Below, in pieces: positions 28,205 through 37,923 of a stretch of DNA of 64,000 nucleotides; position 1 is the stretch's first letter, and the number at the start of each line of letters is the position of its first letter. A model generated the notes under the pieces. That model was not told where the DNA came from. It was given only the letters and a program-made list of their open reading frames with translations, and ran no database searches. The position numbers were made by a program, and so were the translations under genes. Origin of the DNA: an uncultured virus (IMG/VR IMGVR_UViG_3300027659_000012) (Duplodnaviria; Heunggongvirae; Uroviricota; Caudoviricetes); the IMG/VR virus record IMGVR_UViG_3300027659_000012; one strand, written 5' to 3'.

Positions 28205-28729
28205 TTAAACTTCAGACATCACTTGCTCGAATGAGAACGGAGCCGGAGCAAAGGTGATCGAACCGCTAAGAGCAGTGCCTTTCACTTCTTGCAACCATTG
28301 ATAGACCGCGACAAGTTTAGGCTTGTCAGCAATTGTACCGGCTTCCTTTGCTTGCAACAGCAAGTCCATACAGGTAACCAGTCGTGATGCACCGAATCCT
28401 TGACGTTCGACGTGTGATTCACCCATCTCGATCTTCTTGGACAAAGGCATAGCATCTAATCTTGCCGTTTGATTAGCAGCGCGCTTGGATTCCATCTCTG
28501 CCTGCATTTCGCTTTGCCTGGCTTCCATGCGCTGTTGCATCGTGACCAGCTCTCCGTTTTCAAAGAAGTAAAAAACCTTTGGTTGACCATCTCTTCCGGC
28601 TTGAACTGTAGCAGCTTGTTCATCGGAGATTTCAACAATTGAATAGTTTTGTGAGTCGGCCAATTGTGTTGGCTCAGTGTCTTGAACGGTCAATACCGCT
28701 CCGCGTGGTCCTAATGTTGCAAATTTCAT
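28205..28729 (-). CDS. Hypothetical protein, possible fibre assembly chaperone
   Basis: Start MKFATL in ATGA overlap with sulfotransferase stop. Confidence 0.5.
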   Translation of the reverse strand: MKFATLGPRGAVLTVQDTEPTQLADSQNYSIVEISDEQAATVQAGRDGQPKVFYFFENGELVTMQQRMEARQSEMQAEMESKRAANQTARLDAMPLSKKIEMGESHVERQGFGASRLVTCMDLLLQAKEAGTIADKPKLVAVYQWLQEVKGTALSGSITFAPAPFSFEQVMSEV

Positions 28730-29523
28730 AGCGTGTTGATCCAGTTGAATTTCTCCTTGAGTGTTGTTGATAGTTGTTTTCCTAGAATTTCGTTGTAGTC
28801 CAGTTCGAGCGGACGAACAGTCGAACGAATCGTATGATCGCCGTATGGCCATCCCACATCATATTCTTTGGTGTACTGCTCGACATTGTCGAAGTCATGT
28901 GCATCAAACTCTAGACCCAGATATTGCCAAACTTTGGCCATTTCCTGAGCAGGCGATGCTGTTAGCTTGTCTGCATTGACAAAATGCAGACGATCCTTAA
29001 AACGAGTGACTGCATCATAGAGTCTCTCGATGGCGATGCCGACAGGAGCCGATGAGAGCCAGCCTTGAACTCGCTTTTCGATGGTGGTAGCGTTTGCAGG
29101 ATTTGCCTCCTCGAAGCCGTTGAAGGGCGAAGGATGCTTGCGACGAATCTTTTCCATGGAGCAGATGATGCCTCTTACGTCTCTCACCGGCACAATCACC
29201 TTGGCCTCGGGCCAGATCTGAAATAATTGATCCAGATGTCCGATGTACGAACGACATTTGTCTGCGACGATTGGACGATCTGTCAGTGAATCGAACGCAT
29301 GTGAACAACCTCCACGAACATAGTCAAAATACATCTTCTCGAGTACATCACCGGCGACGGCCTTGGCCTCCTCAGTCTGAAATACCTTTCGAGCGATGTA
29401 GCCAATCTCGTGAAGCGGACTGGTCGCCGTAGCATGAACAGCTGGGTTCTGGGCCAGCAGGTTACAGACCAGAGTAGAACACGCACGAGGAAGGCCGCTG
29501 ACGAAATGTATTGTTTTGCTCAT
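28726..29523 (-). CDS. Sulfotransferase family protein
   Basis: SGLPRACSTL PAPS-binding-like loop, DKCR, KVIVPVRD. Confidence 0.82.
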   Translation of the reverse strand: MSKTIHFVSGLPRACSTLVCNLLAQNPAVHATATSPLHEIGYIARKVFQTEEAKAVAGDVLEKMYFDYVRGGCSHAFDSLTDRPIVADKCRSYIGHLDQLFQIWPEAKVIVPVRDVRGIICSMEKIRRKHPSPFNGFEEANPANATTIEKRVQGWLSSAPVGIAIERLYDAVTRFKDRLHFVNADKLTASPAQEMAKVWQYLGLEFDAHDFDNVEQYTKEYDVGWPYGDHTIRSTVRPLELDYNEILGKQLSTTLKEKFNWINTL

Positions 29524-29536
29524 ATACTATTATATA

Positions 29537-30610
29537 TTATAGATCCTGAACAACGGTTAGTCCACCAAATGTGGTGTCGTATCCGGTTGCACCAACAGGA
29601 ACATGAATCTCAGTGGCAGCAGTGGCAAGAAAAATCTCGCCATCACCAGTCGGAGCAACCATTGCAAGACATTGAACGTTCACCAAGCTAGTGCAAAAAA
29701 TGAACGCCTGTACCCCGATGCTAGTAATGCCGCTGCCGATTGTTACGCTCGTTAGGCCCTCGCAGCTGCCGAACGCAATGCTGCCGATGCTAGTGACGCT
29801 GTCTGGAATAGTTATGCTCTGCAGACCTATGCAATAATAGAATGCGGAGCTTCCGATGATAGTGACGCTGTCTGGAATAGTTATGTTCTGCAGCGTAGTA
29901 CAACCATAAAAACCCCAGGCAGGTATAGTCGCTAGCGGGCAGCCCGGGTCAAATGTAACAGATTGTAAAGAACTAGACGATTGGCCATTAACAGATTGAA
30001 AAGCATGGTCGCCAAGGCTGCTCAGGTTGCTGCCAAAATTCACAGATACAATGTTGCTTGGCACACCATATCCCGAAGCGAAACACCACGCGCCAATGTC
30101 GGTGACGTTATTCAGGTTGAGCGAGGTATTAGGCGGAAAAAGGAAAAACTCAAAAGCTTCTGCTCCGATAGTAGTAACTCCATTGCCCATAGTAAATCCA
30201 TTTTCCGGATCGGCCGCGGTCGCATCGTGACCGGTAGCGTAAAAGGCTTTTGACCCGATGCTGGTGACGCTGTCAGGAATAGTTATGTTGGTCAGATTAT
30301 AATCCCATGCAAAAGCGTATGCTCCAATAGTGGTCAGTGTTGACTTAAAGACAACACGCGTAACGTCGGCATTCGCAGGGGCCCAACTGTCAGGAATGAT
30401 GTCGCTGGCTTCTTCAAAAAGAACAATGTTATTAACGTCATATGCTCTGTTTGGTGGTGGGGTCAGATAGACCCATTGGCCATCTTGACGAACATACTTT
30501 TCACCATCGATTGGCGCATCGCCAACAGCTCCGAGAGCAGCACGAATTTGTTGTTGCTGTGGTGTTGTAGGTGGTGTTCCTACCGGGGTGTTTCCTAGAT
30601 CGATTGACAT
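29537..30610 (-). CDS. BspA/LRR_5-type leucine-rich-repeat protein
   Basis: Repeated LxxITIPDSVTxIGxxAF; N-terminal DAPIDGEKYVRQDGQW fibre-like motif. Confidence 0.85.
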   Translation of the reverse strand: MSIDLGNTPVGTPPTTPQQQQIRAALGAVGDAPIDGEKYVRQDGQWVYLTPPPNRAYDVNNIVLFEEASDIIPDSWAPANADVTRVVFKSTLTTIGAYAFAWDYNLTNITIPDSVTSIGSKAFYATGHDATAADPENGFTMGNGVTTIGAEAFEFFLFPPNTSLNLNNVTDIGAWCFASGYGVPSNIVSVNFGSNLSSLGDHAFQSVNGQSSSSLQSVTFDPGCPLATIPAWGFYGCTTLQNITIPDSVTIIGSSAFYYCIGLQSITIPDSVTSIGSIAFGSCEGLTSVTIGSGITSIGVQAFIFCTSLVNVQCLAMVAPTGDGEIFLATAATEIHVPVGATGYDTTFGGLTVVQDL

Positions 30611-30614
30611 AAAG

Positions 30615-30746
30615 TTAGTTGTATATTAAAAATTCACCGTTATAGACCAGTGCCACGCCATTAAACAAGATCACATCCAGAGGAATACCACTTGCTCCCT
30701 GCGAAGAGGTATATGAAATATCCAGAGATAGTCCGAGCGATAGCAT
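30615..30746 (-). CDS. Small hypothetical protein (43 aa)
   Basis: Manual translation MLSLGLSLDISY...LVYNGEFLIYN*; fills the gap between neighbours. Confidence 0.55.
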   Translation of the reverse strand: MLSLGLSLDISYTSSQGASGIPLDVILFNGVALVYNGEFLIYN

Positions 30747-30750
30747 AAGA

Positions 30751-31017
30751 TTAGAAGAGTGCTACGATGCCAGTGGTGACAGTGGTTCCGCTCTTGATGA
30801 TGGCCATGCCGCCATAAGGATATGTGCCAGGAGTCAAGGCCAACTCGATGGTCTCTTCATCGATGCCCTGAATGACAACAGTGCATGCCGTGGTGATGTG
30901 CAGTCCTTTGAATACTGTAGTTGGAACCCAATCGGCTGATGTAGTGTCGACTGCCTCATATCGAAGTGCCGAACTGATGTTGCGTAGAACGCTTTTGAGG
31001 TAAGTATTGATTGCCAT
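30751..31017 (-). CDS. Small beta-rich hypothetical virion protein
   Basis: Late promoter 5 nt before ATG; ends TGIVALF. Confidence 0.6.
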   Translation of the reverse strand: MAINTYLKSVLRNISSALRYEAVDTTSADWVPTTVFKGLHITTACTVVIQGIDEETIELALTPGTYPYGGMAIIKSGTTVTTGIVALF

Positions 31018-31025
31018 GTTTCTAT

Positions 31026-31208
31026 TTATACACCGTCTGAGTTATGCCATTCGATCGCGTCTTGTTCACTTGCAAACCAGCTCCATCCATCCACAAGATA
31101 CGAGTATGCATCTTTGTCTTGTTCCAACAGCACATAGCCACTGCCTTCTACGATGTTTGGAGCATAGAGCAGCTCTTCATTTTGTTTTTTGTAAAATCCT
31201 TGTGTCAT
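31026..31208 (-). CDS. Small hypothetical protein
   Basis: 60 aa, YSYLVDGWSWF; follows LRR gene. Confidence 0.55.
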   Translation of the reverse strand: MTQGFYKKQNEELLYAPNIVEGSGYVLLEQDKDAYSYLVDGWSWFASEQDAIEWHNSDGV

Positions 31209-31212
31209 AAGA

Positions 31213-33843
31213 TTATCCTGTTACTGACCAGCCTTTTAATAAGGCTGTTCCTGTTTTTAATTGTCTGAATGTTAAGGTAGTTGCTCCACCTGCCGCCATT
31301 GGTCGAGACACTACTATACTCGTATTAGGGGTAATGGATACGATTTCAGTTCGATGTCTCACCGTACCAGAACCATTTCCAGTCAATGTCAATGCTACGC
31401 CTCCAACTGTAGCAGCTACTTGGAAAGTGCCAGAGGCTGCATTAACTACATAATATACCGTATTTATTACGATACCTGTCGTAGTGGCTATTGTGGCAAA
31501 GGACACTTCATCTCCGTTGCTCAAGCCATGACTGGCAATGGTGACGACGCTTCCAGTAGTAAATGTAACTGCTCTTGCTGTGGTTAAAGGCGAATTTGTT
31601 CCAGTAACTTGCATCCCAACCGCTAAACCCGTTGTACTCGCCATAGTTATTGTGGTACTATTCGCAGTTGGCGTGGCTGACAAACTGACTACAGTAGGCG
31701 CACCCCAGTTGCTGCTGACGGTTAAGGTCTGACCTGCTGCGCCTATAGTACCCAAATTGGTAAAGATGGATTCCAATTCTTCTTTAGATAATTTGCATGA
31801 TGCATATGAAATTGTAAATCTGGTTCCGCTCAGTGCTGCGCGAGTCAATGAAATACAAGTAGCGTTAAAGATGGTGGTGAAATTAGCGCTTGTAACTGCC
31901 GATGAAACGAGTGGTGGTACAGTAGCAAGCGCTTGACAACCAGCAAACATACTGGTCATATTTGTAACTGCTGCGGTATTGAACTGCGGCACAGAGACGA
32001 GTGCTGGGCAAGTGATAAACATATTGCTCATATCTGTTACCAATATAGTATTGAATAGCGGTACAGAGATGAGCGAATAGCAGGTATTAAACATATTGCC
32101 CATAACCGTAACCTTAGATGTATCAAACAATGGTACAGTCTGAAGTGAATAGCAACCATTAAACATTGAAAACATTGTCGTAACCTTTGACGTATCAAAT
32201 AGCGGTACACTAACAAGATTATAGCAACCACCAAACATCTGTAACATGGCTAGAACTTTTGATGTATTAAAAAATGGTACAGTAGTAATAGCAAGGCAGT
32301 TTGAAACGAAATAACTCATATCCGTAACATTAGACGTATCAAAAAATGGTACAGACGTGAGCGAAGAGCAGAAAAAAAACATCTGAGACATACTCGTAAC
32401 CTTTGACGTATCAAACAGCGGCACAGAGACGAGTGCAGAACAACCGCTAAACATAGCTGCCATATTTAAAACTGATACGGTATTAAACAGTGGTACTGTA
32501 GTCAGCGAAACACACCCCTGAAACATATAAGACATCTCTGTGGCCAATGGTGTATTAAAAAATGGTACACTAGTAAACAAAGAGCAACCGTTAAACATCT
32601 GATTCATATTCGTAACCTTTGATGTATCAAATAACGGTACGTTAACGAGTGAACGACATGTGCTAAACATAGTATTCATCGCTGTAACTTTTGATGTATT
32701 AAACAGCGGTACAGATACAAGTGAATAGCAACCTTGAAACATACCGCTCATGTTTGTAACCAATGCGGTATTAAACAACGGTACAGACGCGAGTGAGTTA
32801 CAACCATAAAACATATTACTCATATACGTAACTTTTGACGTATCAAACAGCGGCACACTACTTAGCGAAGTGCAACTATAGAACATAACACTGCTATCCG
32901 TAAGTGCTGGTGTATTAAATGCTGGAATAGTAACAAGTGAATAGCACTGCTGAAACATTGTACTCATATTCGTAACTTTAGAAGTATCGAATAGGGGTAT
33001 ACTAGTAAGCGGATAGCAGTTATTAAACATGGCTAGCATGTTAGTAACGGATACAGTATTGAAAAATGGTACGCTGACAAGTGAATTACAACCACTAAAC
33101 ATATTTGCCATAATGGTAACGGCGGCAGTATTAAATAGCGGCACCAAAATAAGTGAACGACAATTGAAAAACATGTTGCTCATATTAGTAACGGCAGCAG
33201 CAGTATATAAATTTGATACTTGCTTTAATGCATTTAACCCAGAGAATAAACTGGCATAGGATGTTATTGTTCCCATATTAATTCCTGAAAAATTAACGAG
33301 ACTTTTACAATAACCCAAAGCCAAACTTGACATATTAGGACAAGACAATATTATTTCTAATATTGGGGATGTAGTAGGATATGTCGAACCAGTACTTGCA
33401 TAGATTTGGCTAAAGTTGACACCCGTCAAGTTCTGCCCAGCTTGTGGAGTAATGGTAACGATAGCCATTTTGTAGCCATCGCTTGTAACCGTAGCACTTA
33501 AATCTGGATCGGCGTAATCATATGCATGTTGCGCTTTGACACCAGTAGCAACGTTTTCAGTGTTGCCATCACCCCAATCGACAGTGTATGCTCCAGATAT
33601 TAAAAATGCCAAAAAATTAGATCCTTGCGGAAACACAGGCATCAACAGAGCTATCTTTTGCTCAGAAGATGTTATGGAGGGCATGGCGAGCCAATCAGCA
33701 GGGCGAGTCCATGCATTGGTGCTGGCAGCGTTATTGGCGCGAGCTGGCTTCTTTATGACTGATCGGTCTAATCGGTTCTTTTTAAAAAAACTAGATTTAC
33801 GAGATGCCAATGGAGCAATTTTTTGTCCGTATCGTATACTCAT
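31213..33843 (-). CDS. DUF285/BspA-like surface repeat protein, putative adhesin
   Basis: 18 x 24-aa repeats MxxMFxxCxSLxxVPLFxTxxVTx; VDWGDG PKD-like motif; C-terminal HGLxNG module. Confidence 0.85.
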   Translation of the reverse strand: MSIRYGQKIAPLASRKSSFFKKNRLDRSVIKKPARANNAASTNAWTRPADWLAMPSITSSEQKIALLMPVFPQGSNFLAFLISGAYTVDWGDGNTENVATGVKAQHAYDYADPDLSATVTSDGYKMAIVTITPQAGQNLTGVNFSQIYASTGSTYPTTSPILEIILSCPNMSSLALGYCKSLVNFSGINMGTITSYASLFSGLNALKQVSNLYTAAAVTNMSNMFFNCRSLILVPLFNTAAVTIMANMFSGCNSLVSVPFFNTVSVTNMLAMFNNCYPLTSIPLFDTSKVTNMSTMFQQCYSLVTIPAFNTPALTDSSVMFYSCTSLSSVPLFDTSKVTYMSNMFYGCNSLASVPLFNTALVTNMSGMFQGCYSLVSVPLFNTSKVTAMNTMFSTCRSLVNVPLFDTSKVTNMNQMFNGCSLFTSVPFFNTPLATEMSYMFQGCVSLTTVPLFNTVSVLNMAAMFSGCSALVSVPLFDTSKVTSMSQMFFFCSSLTSVPFFDTSNVTDMSYFVSNCLAITTVPFFNTSKVLAMLQMFGGCYNLVSVPLFDTSKVTTMFSMFNGCYSLQTVPLFDTSKVTVMGNMFNTCYSLISVPLFNTILVTDMSNMFITCPALVSVPQFNTAAVTNMTSMFAGCQALATVPPLVSSAVTSANFTTIFNATCISLTRAALSGTRFTISYASCKLSKEELESIFTNLGTIGAAGQTLTVSSNWGAPTVVSLSATPTANSTTITMASTTGLAVGMQVTGTNSPLTTARAVTFTTGSVVTIASHGLSNGDEVSFATIATTTGIVINTVYYVVNAASGTFQVAATVGGVALTLTGNGSGTVRHRTEIVSITPNTSIVVSRPMAAGGATTLTFRQLKTGTALLKGWSVTG

Positions 33844-33844
33844 A

Positions 33845-34210
33845 TCAACTGATTCTATTCACATAGCCAAACACATTAATTCCTGTTGCCACCGAACTGT
33901 TGCCATAGATTGAAAATCCAGTAGTATCATCACCGCGAGCGATTAATCCTGGGCATATCAGCACACTGCCAGCATATGCTTCAATGACTCCTTCGAATAG
34001 AATATCAGTCGTGAAGCTAGTACCGCCATATAATAAGTTTAATGTAATATCAGATGTCGTCGAGTTTGTCGCATATAACCATACTTCATCGGTCGAAGAT
34101 GCACTAGTCGGAGTAGTATGAATGAGTGTAGTGCTAACACCGGTTGCAGTTACGTTAACAGCTTTACCATTAGCACTTTCCGATAATAATTGTTTTGTAT
34201 ATGTAGCCAT
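33845..34210 (-). CDS. Hypothetical virion-associated protein
   Basis: DEVWLYATN, VFGYVNRI; beta-rich; in fibre cluster. Confidence 0.6.
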   Translation of the reverse strand: MATYTKQLLSESANGKAVNVTATGVSTTLIHTTPTSASSTDEVWLYATNSTTSDITLNLLYGGTSFTTDILFEGVIEAYAGSVLICPGLIARGDDTTGFSIYGNSSVATGINVFGYVNRIS

Positions 34211-34219
34211 AATTTTATT

Positions 34220-37200
34220 TTATAAAAAGAGTGAAAGACCTATGATTGTGTTTGAATCGTCTGGTTGCGAACCGCCGGCACTTACCCAGGCAGAATTATA
34301 ATATTCGTATTTTTGTAATGTATCCGTACGCAACCATTGATCTCCCTCGGCAGGACTTGCGGGGGCGGACACACTTTGAGTATAATTTTTAGAGGAGATT
34401 GTCCCGATGTTAGTGGCAGATATTGAACCGGTGACGCTAACATTACCAGAGACACTAAGTTTTTCACTTGGTGTGGTAGTTCCAATACCAACATTACCAC
34501 CGCCTGTAACCGCAGTAACAGTAATTACCGAATTTGTATTGTTTCGAACCTGAAATAAGTTACCAGCTGTACGATCAACAGTGCCGCCTTGCAAAACAAT
34601 ATCTGTCGAAGTCGCCGCGGCAGTGCTATTACTACTTCTTATGACATTAGTATTATTATTGCCTCCTAGAGATATAGTAGCAGGACCACCGCTAAATGAT
34701 GCTGATGCTGCAGCAAACATTTGACCAGATTCAGCAATTCTTAGACCTACGTTACTTGCATTATAGGCAGTAAATATACTTCCGCCGCTTCCGGCAGTTC
34801 CTTGAACCCTTAGTAATGTACCACTCGTAGCTGTTCCAGTGATATTTGCACCAACACCAGTACCTATAGACGTATTAGCAGTCGTCAATGATGATAGACC
34901 CGTAATAGTTCCGCCTGTGATCGCAACTGCATTTGCGTTTTGCGTCGCCATCGTTCCGTTTATAGCATCCAGCTTTGTCTTATCGCCGGCAGACATAAAG
35001 CCATCGATGACGGTAGTCGCGTTATCGTGAGTATGTGAAGTCGATGATTTGCTGTTGATCTGGGATTGAACATTTGATGTGACATCGGTCAAATGATTGA
35101 TCTCAGCACTTGTTACGGTGATGGCATCGATTAACGTATTTTGCGCCGATGTAAGATGTTTGGTCTCGTCAGATATATGATTCGATAAGTCAGTCGATGC
35201 GGCGGCATCGATAATGCCATAACCGCTTAACGTAGTTGGATTCGTTCCAGCAGTAACTCTTCCCTTTGTGTCTATCGTAACACTCTGATACGTTCCGACA
35301 CCAGGACCAGTATCTTTTAATGTAGTAGCAAAACTTCCTGTGCCGCTACCTGTAATATCACCAGTCAATGTGATAGTTTGATCGCCTGTGTTGGTACCGG
35401 TAATTGCATCGAGTTTTGTCTTATCGCTAGTCGACATGAACCCCGCGATTGATGTCGTAGCATCGGAATGTATATGGCTAGTTGAAGATTTTCCGTCAAG
35501 CTGAGATTGGATCGCCGAGGTGACATCAGACAAATAGTTGATCTTCGTACTCGTTACGGTGATGCCATCAATTAATGTATTCTGAACCGAGGTAAGGTGA
35601 AGAGCATCATCGCTGATGTGATTCGATACACTAGTAGCGCTTGCTGCATCAGTAATGCCATAACCAGACAAAGTTGTTGGATTTGTGCCGCTCGTGACTC
35701 GACCATACGCATCGGTTGTGACGCTCTGATATGTACCTGCCGTTCCATGAGAGGCAAGATCGACACTTGGTCCAACTACGATTCTATCGGCGGTGCCTAC
35801 CACAGAGAATATAGTTCCATCACGATGAAGACCATCACCGGCATCATATGATCCACTGCCAGAGAATTGAACAAACTCAACGTTCGATGATCCCACCGTC
35901 GTGACCGGTTCACTCAACACCCAACCTGTATCGGCATATGTCGTTCCGTGAGTGACAAAGACGAAGTCTCCACCGGCCATCTCGATCGAACTGTCAAAAT
36001 CTGCGGCGCGAGTCAATTCTCGATCTGCTGTTATGATGTAAATTCCGTTCCAATTTTTATTATCGACTTCTCCATTGATGATGACGCGTGAACCATTTTC
36101 GCCGGCCACCAAGTCATCATCTTCGCCACATTCGGCATTCAATGCAGTGATGATAGTACTTCCTCCGGTGACTGTAAGTTTGGCACCTACGCCATCTGTT
36201 CCGTTCGTATAAGCCACTGTTCCGCCTGTCGCAGTCGCCAAATCGATGGTTAAGATGACGTGAACTTGCTCATGAACATGAAGGCCGGCACTGATGTCAT
36301 CGGCGTATGCCTTATTGACTGCATGATTAGATTCGGTCGGACGAGGAACGATTGGGCTCAGTGTAAATTCTTTTGCGCCGGTAATAATCTGAGTCTCACC
36401 TATATTTACGGTATCGCTAAACGTTCCGTCTTGAGTTGCAAGAGTACCGAGACCGGTTATCGTCGCATAAGACTGAGTTCCAGTATGATACGTACGATCG
36501 AGCAAATATGTATCAGATGTAGGAGCAGTAGTTTGAATCGTACCGTCACCGAATATTATTCTACTCGCTTCTCCACCAGTAAACGATGATACTCCATCAT
36601 TGCCATAATTATAGTTCGATTGATTGCCAGTCTCGCCTGCAACATTTTGATATACCCAGATATAATTAAGATCTGTACCCCAATGAATATCTCCAAATAG
36701 ACCAGAAGCATTGAGTACGGTGATTGTCTTGTTGGCGACATCCGTTATGGTATCAGTCGAAGGATTTACGAGTATCGGAGTACCCGGTCCGGTAATGCCA
36801 TCATAGTCATAATAGAAATCATGTGTTACGCCATCAGGTGTTGTCAGACCAAATCCACTATCTTGGGCAGGAAACGTATTTAAAACGATATATGCTCTGG
36901 CATAATAGTAGTCATTGTTTGGAGCAGTTAAAGATCCATCAGGTGAAAAATACCATCCACGCGTAATTAAATTTTGACTATCATATTGATCGATCGGTTC
37001 TATGGCAACACCTTCGCCGCTTCGAATATGAAATCCCATACCCACATTGATCGAGGTATTATTTCTGTCAAAGACGAGTCCTCCGTTTTGTGCCAGATAC
37101 AAGTTGGCATCTTCACCTAACTCTACCTCATTCGCGCCGTTTATCAATTTACTTGGAACGATCGCCGCTAACTTATTCTTCTCAATTAAAGAATAGTTTT

Positions 37201-37507
37201 GATCGGATAATACCTTACCAACTACCTTATCAACTTTACCATTTAAAACAAGTTGCGTTGCGGTACTAACTGGCTTATTGATATCACTGGTATTATCGAC
37301 GCTGCTCAGACCGACCATCAATTTTGTTATGCCTGCAGTGATGCCAGTAAACGTCTTGTTGCCTGCAATGATCTGATCACCAAACATCTTTACTACCGCC
37401 GCGTCACTTCCATAGACTGCGCCTTTGACCTCGATCGATCCCCTCTGCGGAACATTAATTTTTAATGGAGGAGTAGATGTTAAAGATACGTTTATATCAG
37501 AAGGCAT
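34220..37507 (-). CDS. Long tail fibre protein
   Basis: VGLSSVDNTSD, two GTYQSVTxDxxGRVT...NPTTLSGYGI units, NVGIGTTTP. Confidence 0.8.
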   Translation of the reverse strand: MPSDINVSLTSTPPLKINVPQRGSIEVKGAVYGSDAAVVKMFGDQIIAGNKTFTGITAGITKLMVGLSSVDNTSDINKPVSTATQLVLNGKVDKVVGKVLSDQNYSLIEKNKLAAIVPSKLINGANEVELGEDANLYLAQNGGLVFDRNNTSINVGMGFHIRSGEGVAIEPIDQYDSQNLITRGWYFSPDGSLTAPNNDYYYARAYIVLNTFPAQDSGFGLTTPDGVTHDFYYDYDGITGPGTPILVNPSTDTITDVANKTITVLNASGLFGDIHWGTDLNYIWVYQNVAGETGNQSNYNYGNDGVSSFTGGEASRIIFGDGTIQTTAPTSDTYLLDRTYHTGTQSYATITGLGTLATQDGTFSDTVNIGETQIITGAKEFTLSPIVPRPTESNHAVNKAYADDISAGLHVHEQVHVILTIDLATATGGTVAYTNGTDGVGAKLTVTGGSTIITALNAECGEDDDLVAGENGSRVIINGEVDNKNWNGIYIITADRELTRAADFDSSIEMAGGDFVFVTHGTTYADTGWVLSEPVTTVGSSNVEFVQFSGSGSYDAGDGLHRDGTIFSVVGTADRIVVGPSVDLASHGTAGTYQSVTTDAYGRVTSGTNPTTLSGYGITDAASATSVSNHISDDALHLTSVQNTLIDGITVTSTKINYLSDVTSAIQSQLDGKSSTSHIHSDATTSIAGFMSTSDKTKLDAITGTNTGDQTITLTGDITGSGTGSFATTLKDTGPGVGTYQSVTIDTKGRVTAGTNPTTLSGYGIIDAAASTDLSNHISDETKHLTSAQNTLIDAITVTSAEINHLTDVTSNVQSQINSKSSTSHTHDNATTVIDGFMSAGDKTKLDAINGTMATQNANAVAITGGTITGLSSLTTANTSIGTGVGANITGTATSGTLLRVQGTAGSGGSIFTAYNASNVGLRIAESGQMFAAASASFSGGPATISLGGNNNTNVIRSSNSTAAATSTDIVLQGGTVDRTAGNLFQVRNNTNSVITVTAVTGGGNVGIGTTTPSEKLSVSGNVSVTGSISATNIGTISSKNYTQSVSAPASPAEGDQWLRTDTLQKYEYYNSAWVSAGGSQPDDSNTIIGLSLFL

Positions 37508-37552
37508 AAGCCTATTTATATTATTTGCGCCCTAAAGGGGCGGTGTTATTCC

Positions 37553-37903
37553 TCACAAATCGAAATCGCCGTTTAACACACCAGGCATTATTTCAATCTG
37601 ACCTTCTAATATACGTGTCACCCTATCGGTGAGAGTATTAACAATTTCGATGTCATACAGATATCTGCCACTTTTCATTGCCGCCGTAGTCTCGGATTCT
37701 AGAGAGATGGCGATTTGTCCTGCGACTGGATCGCTAATCTCGGCGTCAAAATCTACTGCAGAGGACGACATATAAGATTTTTTAATTCTACCACGAGCGA
37801 TGTAATCGGTTAAAACCAAATCACTATCACCCAGAGTCCCGACATTGATTACTGTCGAGAAATACGAACCTTGATCGGCATACAGATCACTATAAAGAGC
37901 CAT
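37553..37903 (-). CDS. Small baseplate/fibre adaptor protein
   Basis: DQGS, GRYLYDIEI, RILEGQ. Confidence 0.6.
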   Translation of the reverse strand: MALYSDLYADQGSYFSTVINVGTLGDSDLVLTDYIARGRIKKSYMSSSAVDFDAEISDPVAGQIAISLESETTAAMKSGRYLYDIEIVNTLTDRVTRILEGQIEIMPGVLNGDFDL

Positions 37904-37923
37904 GATGCTATTTATATGATTGA

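Noticed and set aside
29537..33843. Diversity-generating retroelement target
   Set aside because: No reverse transcriptase or template repeat in the window; variation is not adenine-specific
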